Assembly: GCA_043228905.1 (NCBI GenBank) | Contig: JBHGNT010000012.1 | Span: 4,216,001 to 4,280,000 of the forward strand | Reading direction: 5' to 3' | Origin: Azolla caroliniana | Lineage: Eukaryota; Plantae; Polypodiophyta | Length of the DNA: 64,000 bases | Shown here: positions 23,836 to 34,012 of the stretch, one piece after another | Numbering within the stretch: the stretch's first letter is position 1 | Layout: each line of letters starts with the position of its first letter | Program-made: the position numbers and the translations under genes | Notes under the pieces: model-generated | What the model saw: only the letters and a program-made list of their open reading frames with translations | Databases searched by the model: none | Told to the model about the DNA's origin: nothing

Positions 23836-26800
23836 AACATGTTCGCGTTCACAAGTGGAAGGATCGCGCCCAAATGGAAGGATAAGGAATATTCCATATG
23901 ATTTTAGGGCTTTTTTGGTCATTTCACAAAACACCTTGATACCAGTATCACATGTTCTCAAAAACTTGATGAAAAAGCTAAAATTTTCACCATTTGGTAG
24001 ATTTGAAAAATGCCAAATTTTGGCCAAATACGAAAAGTGAAAGGAGAAATTACAACTAGTAGTATTTTAGATCCTAACGAAATCATAAGCGAAAGATTTC
24101 AAAACAATCAACTTTTTCATTTCATTTGATAAAATGTTGTCTAAATTTCTTATATATGGTTGCACAAAAAATACATTTAGGAGTTATTTGCATCACTATC
24201 ATCATTCCTTTCATGAGAATCACTACTATAGCTAATATACAATTGTGACTCTTCCTCCTCATTTTCAAATGTACCAATCAAATCATTGTCTTCACTAAAT
24301 GGTGTCTCCAATTGTGTGCACTAAATCTTGTTCGCCTTCAATCTGAGATATCTTCTAGTCTTGGTAATATCTTTTTTATTATGTCTATTGTTGTCGTCCT
24401 TAAACATCCAACTTTTGTCAGTGTAAAGTCATACACAATGATATCCACCTCACTAATGTCAATGATAGATGTATTACAAAAGTTTAATGCATCACCACGT
24501 CCAAAACTTTACCAATGTAGTATTGGTGCCCTAGGTCATGGCCATCTACATGTGTAGCTAGCTATTAATATCCCCACCTTGAGTTCTTGCAAGTTTCCTT
24601 GTCACCTGAGTTATGTTCGTGTTTTCATCCTTAGCTCCACATAAATGTTTCTATGTTGTAGATGAACCAAACTATGAAGATCAACATTAAGTGCTTTGAA
24701 GTGGTGATTAAGAACCCTGAGAATATTTTATAGAGCACGTAAATTGCATTTGCAAGGTTTAATTACCATCAACACAATTATTAATGGCTTTTTGTTAATC
24801 AATGAAGCACATGTTCACCATAAGGTTTCTTGTTATGCAACATACTTCTTTGCAATATGATGCATCTTTTTCTCTTGTAAAAATAGAGATTTTAGTACAA
24901 TTCGAGTTCATGTAACCCTAAACCTCTTTTATTTGAAAAAAAAGAAGATTTCTAAACATGAACTCCATACATTGTATCCAATTGATGTAAAAAACAAAGT
25001 TTTGATCATAATTACATACAATGTATCAAATTCATGTTCAAAGTTTTTTTCTATAATTTTAAAAAATAAAAAAATTGAGCTTGAGTTGATGAAAAATCCA
25101 GTTTTTTCACCGCAATTCAATACAATGCATAGAGTTCATGTTTAAAGTAATTTTTTAAAATTTTTTTAAATTGTTTTCAAATTTGTTTCAAATTTTTTGT
25201 TTTTTGGAAAAAAAATATTTTAACATGAATTCAATACATCGACTGGTAATGAAAACTATAGTTTTTTCATCACTTCGAAAAAAAAAAATTAAAAAAACAA
25301 AAAGACCCAAAATAAATAGAAAAAATAAAAAATAAAAAATAATACTTTAAACGTGAACTCGATACATTGTATCGAGTTCATCTTGAAAACTCTGTTTTTA
25401 AACATGAACTCGAATGTATCGAGTTCGTGTTGAAAATATGACTTTTCGACACGAACTCGATACATTCGTGTTAAAAACCCTATTTTTAAACACGAACTCG
25501 ATACATTGTATCGAGTTCGTGTTGAAAAACTCAGCTTTTTTATGTGAACTCGATGCAATGTATCGAGTTTGTGTTTAAAACATTTAAACACGAACTCGAT
25601 ACATTGTATCAAATTCATGTTGAAAAGTCAACTTTTCAACACGAATAGAGTTTTCAAGACCTAGTTGGTGTCAAAAAGCTGACATTTTGGCATGAATTCG
25701 ATACAATGTATCGAGTTCATGTTTAAAGTTTTTTTTCTATTTATTTTGGGTCTTTTTGGTTTTCTTTTTCTTTTAAGTTGAAGTGATAAAAAGACTAGAT
25801 TTTTCATTACAAGTCAATACAATGTATTGAATTCATGTTTAAAGTTTTTTTTCCAAATATATAAAAAATAAAAAATAAAATCACTGTAAACATGAACTAG
25901 GTACATTGTATTGAATTGTGATGAAAAATCTGGTCTTTTCATCAAGTCAAGTTCGATTTTTTTATTTTTTTATTTTTTAAAATTCGGGAAAAAAATCTTT
26001 GAACATGAATTTGATACGTTGTATGGAATTGTGATGAAAACTCTATTTTTTACATCAACTCAATACAATGTATGCAGTTCATGTTTAGAAATCTTCTTTT
26101 TTTTCAAATAAAAGAGGTTTAGGGTTTACATGAACTCGAATTGTACTAAAATCTCTGTTTTGACAAGAGTAAAAGATGCATATCGATGTTGTAAAGAAGT
26201 ATGTTGCACAACAAGATACCTTATGGTCAACATGTGCTTCCTTGATTAACAAAAATCCATTAATAATTGTGTTGATCGTAATTGAACCTTGTAAATGTCA
26301 TTTACTTCACAAATTTTGTAGGTGAGCTCTCAAAATGAAGAAGAGGAGAGCATTGTGGATTCCTTGATAATTATGTGATATGTTCAAATTGATATATAAA
26401 TTAACTTATATCTAAGTTTGGTAGTTTATGAATATCATCTACATTTTAGGAGTTATGGATTTATCAAAATTGTTTATGAATATTGTATACCTTTCTTGAG
26501 TTGTGAATTTATGGATGTTAATGAGCACTAAATTTATAGATGAGGGCATTAAGGATTACAATGTTACCTCTTATACTTCAAGTCTAACAATAGATGTAAC
26601 TTCCACTTCCGTACATCTTCTCGAGATGGTGAAACCATTAATCTTAACTTCTGCCTTAAGTTAACCATTGTGATTTTCTTTAAGTTAACTACATTTCATA
26701 TATGCAAACCATCAACGTTTAAACATTTATTGAAAAACTATACAATTTTAGAAATGATCATTTTGAAACTTGTTAAATCTCAAAAAATTAACAAATTTTA

Positions 26801-26924
26801 CATGTTATTTAAATCATGTGATACTGGTGTATCAAGTTTCTGAAAATCACCTAAAATCACAAGATTATAAAAGGAATCTATAAGTGGAATGCACGATCCT
26901 TCCACTTGTGAACGCGAACGTGTT
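23836..26924. mobile_element. Unclassified non-autonomous TIR DNA transposon (3.09 kb), 4-bp TSD CTCC
   Basis: TIR aacaYgttcgcgttcacaagtggaaggatcgYgc at both ends (about 34 bp). Subterminal inverted motif ccagtatcacatg. CTCC at 23832-23835 and 26925-26928. Removal joins ORFs 26865..27179 and 23712..23897 in frame (AMERLSE|EDTLAQW). Confidence 0.88.
24739..26305. mobile_element. 1.57-kb foldback palindrome element
   Basis: 24739-25250 is a close reverse complement of about 25800-26305. The core is made of repeated AACTCGATACA(T/A)TGTATCGAGTT palindromes. No TSD was found. Confidence 0.85.
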
Positions 26925-27399
26925 CTCCGACAACCTTTCCATCGCCTCAACAACGGCTTGCACGTCAGCCATGTCTTGTGCTAGCTTTTCAAGTACAATG
27001 GGATCTAGTGGAACATCATCAACAGTTGGGCTCAGTGGGGTTGAATCAAGGTTTTGGGATTCGAAGAAATGTTGCATGAAGTGTTCAAAAATATTGTTGT
27101 TATGAACCTCAAATTTACATGTTGTTTCCAATATTTCATGGCTTTTCACAACATTGCTTAATTCAATACAATCTTCCAAAAGAATAGGGTGGAGCTGATC
27201 TCAAGGAGATGTGATAGCAAGACTCTTACTTTCACCCACGTTGCTAGCTATCTCCTCATCGATTGCAATGTCATCAGCACCGAACACCTCATGCAACCTC
27301 CTTAATCCATGAGATTCTACAACAACATGTCAACTAATTAGCGGCTTCTCTTGTGTTTTTCTATCACCTTAGCTGACAACTAAACATGGTAGCAGCTAC

Positions 27400-28118
27400 T
27401 CTTGATACTGCTCGATACTACTACATCCTAGCTAATTAGCTACATCTTAGCTAATTAGTTATTCTACTTAAGTATGGTAGTAGCTAATTAGCTACCACTT
27501 AGCTAATTAGTTGCATTGTAGCTAATTAGTTGCATTGTAGCTAATTAGTTGTTGGACTATAGGCTGGAAGTAGCTAATTAGTTATTCTTCTTAACTACGG
27601 CAGTAGCTAATTAGCTACCAATCTTGATATGCTTAGCTAATTAGCTGCTAGACTATAGATTGATCGTAGCTAATTAGCTACATCTTAGCTAATTAGTTAT
27701 TCTACTCAAGTGGTAGTAGCTAATTAGCTTCTAGACTATAGGCTGGCAGTAGCTAATTAGCTACATCTTAGCTAATTAGCTATTCTTCTTAACTATTGTA
27801 GTAGCTAATTAGCTACCACTCTTGATATTGCTTAGCTAATTAGCTAAGATGTAGCTAATTAGTTGTTGGACTATAGATTGGAAATAGCTAATAACTACAT
27901 CTTAGCTAATTAGCTATTCAACTTAAGCATGGTAGTAGCTAATTAGCTACCACTTAGTTAATTAGCTACATTGGCTGCTAGGTTATAGGCTAGCAATAGC
28001 TAATTGGCTACATCTTAGCTAATTAGCTAGTCTTCTTAACTATGGCAGTAGTTAATTAGCTACCACTCTTGATAATGCTTAGCTAATTAGCTACATCTTG
28101 GCTAATTAGTTATTGTAC
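27400..28118. repeat. Second AGCTAATTAGCT palindrome array, in a putative cargo-gene intron (about 28135-27317)
   Basis: Dozens of TAGCTAATTAGCTA units with higher-order spacers (catctt, ccactcttgat, gactataggctgg). Confidence 0.9.
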
Positions 28119-29500
28119 TTAAGCAACAATTTTACCTATCAGTTTTCTCCACTCATCTGGAAGAGTTGTATTGCAATCCCCCAAACAGACTACAGCAATG
28201 CGACAGGCATATTGAAAACAAACGATATGGTATGTGTGTTCGCATGGTCGTAGGTATACCAACAAAGTAGCAGTTTTGTCCTCTATGCCTAAGCCGCAAG
28301 CAATGCAACGTGCTTGAACAGTCAATATATCGTTGCTTGGTTCTTCTTCGTTTGGTATGGGAGCAAGAACGTTGAGGTCCGATTCTTGTCTGCTCCTTAC
28401 CATCCCCTCTACAAAATGTAGCAGTTTCTTAAAGGCAGCCAATTACCTATTCTTGACAGGAGTATTGTTCTTAGAACACAGTTGAGAAATTTACCAATAA
28501 ATCATTCGTTAATGAGGAAGATATAACAACAAGAAACAATAATCATTAACTTACTTGGGAGGTTCTCCAAATTGTAATCAGCGACAGTATTTACACCTAG
28601 AAGGTCCAGGTTCATTGAAAGAAGTTGGATCTTTGTCTGTAGTTGTATTTTCTGTTGGGGATCTAGCGGCCCCTCAATTTCGAGCTCATGTTGAGTAACC
28701 TGTTCTAGATAATGCCTCACTAAGCACATTTTCATGTACAAGGTATATATAACATGTTACATACTAGCAAAAAAATAGCAACCTGAATCTTATTTCTGAT
28801 TGTTGTCACTGCCAAAGTGACTTTGCTTTTCATTGCAGCAGCCAATGTTGCTTTCTCTAAATCAGTCTTTGTTGCCTCCAATGTCTCACAGGCTTCATGG
28901 ACATTTTTCAGAATATAGCTAATCAATGTCTCACCTGTATCATCAACATTGGTTTTCATTGTATTTCGGTGTGGTATAAACTTGCGGGTTTGTTGGGAGT
29001 GGGCAGTTGATGATGTGGGCAATTGCATCATCAACTGCCATTCTCCAGAATCTTGCCATTTTTTGTTGCAAGCTCCCCATCTTCCGGCATCGTTCTACCG
29101 ATGCCTCACCATAAATAGCCCAAGCTACCTTATACATTTCAGGGTCCGTTGCTTCCTTCGTTGTTTTGCAATACTCATATGTAAAAGCTCTGGTGAATGC
29201 AATGGACAGCTTGTTGTTGACCGGGATCTATTGATGTACTTTCTGGTGGAGCCTCATGCAGTCGTCATACAACTCCAGTCATACATGCTTGAGCTTCGCC
29301 TTGCCTTTCACTCTGGGCACTTATAGACTGACAACCAATCTACATCACTAATCAATTTGTTTGTTAAAACAACAGGGTCAATACCCTCTAGCAACAGACC
29401 ATATATGTTGTTAAAGTCCTCCTTTGCCTTGCAAAACTTTACAAAGTTTAGCACTCTAGCATATGGAGGAACGAGTCATCTGGATTAAAATATCAATACA
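28119..29500 (-). pseudogene. Multi-exon cargo gene remnant with RING-H2-like zinc finger
   Basis: CIACGLG...PCEHTYHIVC...CLGDC in ORF 28119..28442. Upstream coding pieces at 28502-28741 and 28790-29330 (ELYDDCMRLHQKVHQ*IPVNNKLSIAFTRAFTYE...KVAWAIYGE). Exon limits are approximate. Confidence 0.68.
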
Positions 29501-29669
29501 TGTTACCTCTGCTCTACTGGGACATGTATATTTAGAGCCATAATTGGTAGGGAAGAATCAAAAATAAAAAATCAGCCACATTCACCCAAATCCTAAATCA
29601 AGTTTGGGGGAAGTTTGCAAACACACAGCCATTGAAGTCAGAAATGTGAATTGGTACAAAATTCCACAT

Positions 29670-29960
29670 TAAATCAGAAATCAACCGCTTAAAAAATCAG
29701 AAACCCTATTCAAAAACTTTAATCAGAAACCCTAATCAGACATCAACCACTTAAGGAAATTAGAAACCCTAATCTAAAATATGTATGAAATCAACCCTAA
29801 TCATAATTGGTAGGGAAGAATAAAAAATAATTAGAAATCAACCGCTTAAAAAATCAAAAACCTTAATAAGAAACCCTACTCAGAAATCAATCGCTTAAGG
29901 AAATCAGAAACCCTAATCTAAAATATGTATGAAATCAACCCTAATCATAACTTTTGTCAA
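29670..29960 (+). repeat. Short modular repeats (aatcagaaaccctaat / aaatcaaccgcttaa) in the Sola2 right subterminal region
   Basis: Repeated cagaaaccct and aatcaaccgcttaa; about 60-bp duplication ...gaaaccctaatctaaaatatgtatgaaatcaaccctaatcataa at about 29750 and 29895. Confidence 0.75.
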
Positions 29961-30529
29961 TCAGAAACACACATGCTGCTACACCCCGATCTTCGAGACA
30001 TCCTTGTTTGGGACTCCAACAACTTCGCCCTAATTGTTTTTCATAAAACATGAACAGGCAACAAAGTTACGGTTATTAGAAAGTAAAAAAAAAAAGATTT
30101 TTTAATGTGTCACTAATACATACTTGGACAAGGATCGAACTGATGTTGTGTTGTAGCTCTAAAGGTGCAATGTCAATATTAGAGTTTTTGTGCTGCTACA
30201 AGAGTTTCGTCTGCGTTCGTGCTCAGAGTACTCCATTTGTTTGGATTTCGAAGTCAAACTCACCCTAAACTAGAATTTGGTGACATTCAAGTCGAGTTTA
30301 GATGGGCACTGTTCCCCAAGTTCCACTACATCAAAAACCAAAGTTCAAAATTTTGAGCATTCTCATAAATTAAATGACATGTATTTAACTAATAAAACAT
30401 AAAATTTCGTAAATGATCCTCATGATTTGCCCACAAAAAACTTAGCTAAACAAATAGCTAAATGGCTATAGCCATTTTAATAGCTAATTAGCTATAATTG
30501 TGTTTCCACTCACATGCTTTTACCCTGAA

Positions 30530-31553
30530 TCCTTTGAGTATCATGCTCCCATGTTTCAATAAGAAGTGTGATATTTGAGTCATCAGTGAACTCCTGTATG
30601 CCAAATCCCGCATTCCATGGGTATCCATTGCAATTCCAAAAAAATAGTAAAAAAAGGCGTCGGTTAGTCTCATAGGTCATGTGTCCCTATTTGCTTACAT
30701 TTTCATCTTTAGGCACATCCTTAACCTTATTTTTCAATCATTCTTCATATGCTTTACGACGAGTATTTTGTTGTGAGATAGTACGATCTTCGCTCACAAA
30801 GCATTGCATACCTTTGAGGTATACCCAACTATTTTCGAGTATGATCCCCCGCTTTGTATTATCTTTCATTGTGCATACAATAGGCATGTTTCCCAACTTG
30901 GTGTGCCCCATATACATTCACATCTGACATCCCATAATGCATGCTAAAAAAATTCACCAATGGCCTTTCCAAAGGATGCGGGTGTTTCCATACTCTCCTC
31001 TTTAATCCCATGGACGACAATGTTCTTTGATCATCGTTCACGTTCTTTCAATTCTCAGACATCTATGCTTTCTATATTCTTCTCTTGATGCATCACATGC
31101 ATATTAGATGATTTTGATACCACATCCCCACCACATACATCGGCCCATGACTTCGTTGTACATACATTTTTTATCTCACTTACATCCCTCCTCATTGTGT
31201 CCAATTTTTCTTCTTTTAATGCTTCCTTTAACTCAATCTTGTTATGGTGCTCATTTGTTTCGAAAGAAGCTCTTTTACATTCTTGAATCTCTTCTTCAAG
31301 TTTTGCAACCACTTGCTTAAGACTTTCATTCTCAATGACAACAATTTGGAGCTTAACATTCTGTTTCATTAACGTCCTAATCTCTCCACCTTGCTTGTTT
31401 ATGGTTTCTTGAAGAGAAATCAAGTGACTCATAAGCATTTTGTCCATTGCATTGGAATCAAGATTTGTTGGTGATCTCGGCTCATTATCAATCATACCCC
31501 CGAACTTTGCGGCAGCTTTACGAGTGTTTGCCATTGTAGGGACAACCCCTACA

Positions 31554-31610
<57 letters not shown>

Positions 31611-31620
31611 CCTTTCACTC
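30530..31620 (-). mobile_element. LINE 5' part: ORF1 (coiled coil + RRM-like) and start of ORF2 APE
   Basis: ORF 31055..31535 is a coiled coil with SWADV. Read-through ELKERERRSKNIVVHGIKEE is typical of non-L1 (CR1/L2/RTEX-like) ORF1. ORF2 start FFWNCNGYPW...ETW at about 30640-30560. Confidence 0.8.
31557..31604 (+). repeat. (GA)n microsatellite
   Basis: Pure GA run. Confidence 0.95.
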
Positions 31621-34012
31621 GATATATAGCAACGTTTTTTGTTTGGTCTATATTTTGTTTTATATAGCAACCCAAAATAGGCTCAAAAGTTGGGACTATC
31701 TTTCACTTGGTCTAATTCTATTTTGCATAGCAATCAAATATACAGTCATAAGTCCTTCACACTTCTCTAGACCTACTCTCTTAGAATATAATCCTTATAA
31801 CTTTCTTTTTTGTTTCCCTTGAGTTCCTCTGTATATTGTTGCATTCATTCTAATATCTTTATAACATGAATGCGTATGCACAATAGTACCGATTGTAACG
31901 AATTTTCTCTTTTATCCGCCCAATTATAATTGCTCGTTTCCGAGCACCTTGACATTAAATTTGTAATCTTATCACCCTGTGCATATTTGTTAGTTTGAAC
32001 ACTATGATTGCCAAAACACCAAACAAATTATGATTGCATACATGGTTATGTGAAAGAAAATGTTGCAAAATCCTTTTTTTACTCGGCACGGTTTTGTTCC
32101 TTTTCGAGTGTTGGGTGTGCACACACTATCTACAGGAAATCCCCTGATCCCGACAAGAAGAAAAGTTGAAGGCTCATATTTGGAAGTTTCGAAGTCAAGA
32201 GGAAGCTTCAAAAGCATGGAATCAAAGGTTTGGACATCTGAAGGATGATTAATCAATCATGGTTTTCCTGAGGCATTTTGTATCATTAGAAGGAAAGGTC
32301 ATCATGTAGGGAAATGACACTTTTCTTGCATTAATTGTTCATTCATGAAAGGATGTATCATATAAACCTTACCCTTTGGGGGTAATATGATGAGAATAAA
32401 AGTCAAGATCAATCAAATACAGATTAGCCTTTGGGCTAAGTTGTTTTGGTGACAGATTCATGTGATGTAATTTGTCAAAGCCCACCCTAGTTTGAGTTAT
32501 TTCCATTGCAGCAATAGTAGTGAGGCTAATGCAAATTAGAAGCCTTACTAAAGAAAGCTACAAAATGCAATCATTCACAAAAAATTTCTTGAGTCTTGAT
32601 GTTTTGCACTATCCCTATCCTATTCTAGAATTCGATATCTTCCTTGTATAGTGGATGTAGAGAGTTGGTGTTTCGTACTCGTATCTCATCGCCCCTTCGA
32701 TATTGTATAATTGGATATCTTTCTACTAATTTTGTCAAGAGTGACCCAATGTTTTGTGCTATCTCTATTTATCATCCCTTATATATTTCTAGAATTAGAT
32801 CTTTCTCAGAAAGGTGTTCTAGTGATTTGTGCATGTAATCTTTTGCATGGCTCAAATGAAAAAAAAAAATTGGTAAACATGGAAAATTGTTAACAAGCAT
32901 GTGTATGTCCATATCAGCATTCAATTAAGTAAATGTTCTGAATCTTGTTAATCAGCAAAATTAATCGAGTGGTTTATTGAAAAAAATATTAATTGCCATT
33001 GGCATATAGGGATCCCAATAATTATGCTCCCATACTATGCTTCATTATGTTAGTTCCAATGAAAGTGTGTTTATCCCTTCTTTTGACCCTGAAGTCATGA
33101 GTTTAGATGCTACATGTAAATTTCCATATATAATCATTGACATGAGCCAAACAACTTCTCGTCCATCATTTAATTCTTTAAACTTGATATGTGTTTTATT
33201 AGAGTGATCAACATAGTTACTCTAAAACATTTCCTTATTCCCTAGGTAGACTTGGTTTTTGTGGCAAGGAACAATGGTTTATTACAGATGTAATAAATAG
33301 AGAGGCATGTTCCCACATGCTGTTTGTGAAAGTTGGAACAAACCAACAAACACTATATATTATAATCATGTTGAATTTTGTTGTGGCTTCATCAATAAAA
33401 ATTCTTGGGAAATTGAGTTTTGGCATTGTTGTTTAGATATCTTCAATGTCAAAATTTTGTTTTTTTGGATTGTAATTTGTATGACGAGTGTCCATAACTT
33501 ATAATTATCTTGCATTATTTCACATTCACCCTTCTTTGGAGAAGAGAAAATGAACATAGTCATCTAGTCGTTTAACACTCTTATTTACCTTTCATGGATC
33601 ATTTAAATGGTGAAACGTTTCATACTCGTAAATTTAACGCCAAGATTCCTTTCTTGACTTGCACACATCTCTTAACTCCAAAAAGTGTTATTTTTTATCA
33701 TTTCTTTCTTGGTAAATATATTATATTCAATTAATTTTATGTTCTATTACATCATATGAGTTCAAACTCAATTATTTATGGGTTCATGAAGTTTCATTTG
33801 AATAGTTTAGAGTTCAAATTCCCCTTCATATCAAGTGTTATTATAATCATGAGCGTCCATTATCAATAATTATCTTGGATTTGTATTGTCATCTTGTTTT
33901 AATATATACACTACTTTTTTCTCTTGATCTTTTCCCTCAATATTGTTTGCGATATATTTGTTCCCTCAATTTCTTTTATATTTAAATACATGGATTTGCA
34001 TGTGTGTAAGCT

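Larger units (their letters stand above)
23712..27316 (-). pseudogene. Acidic/low-complexity coding segment of Sola2 cargo, split by the TIR element
   Basis: Frame ESHGLRRLHEVFGADDIAIDEE...(one stop)...MERLSE|EDTLAQWVKEARLNGKPARKRLKKGPQLGTRPITRSRGS*. The basic C-terminal stretch is NLS-like. Confidence 0.5.
4981..30525 (+). mobile_element. Giant Sola2-type DNA transposon with cargo genes and nested insertions
   Basis: Left TIR gggtgaaaacatgcgaatggaaaca (4981-5005) vs reverse complement of right end gggtaaaagcatgtgagtggaaaca (30501-30525). 4-bp TSD TGAA at 4977-4980 and 30526-30529. Removal restores the host LINE frame. Internal Sola2-type transposase; GRG termini and 4-bp TSD fit Sola2 as I recall it. 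Confidence 0.88.

Noticed and set aside
23836-26924. piggyBac assignment, since the ends resemble TTAA-CAC...
   Set aside because: No TTAA on either side; the duplicated target is CTCC.
31700-33990. AT-rich region with short ORFs, possibly a decayed TE
   Set aside because: No recognisable motif, TIR or TSD by eye.
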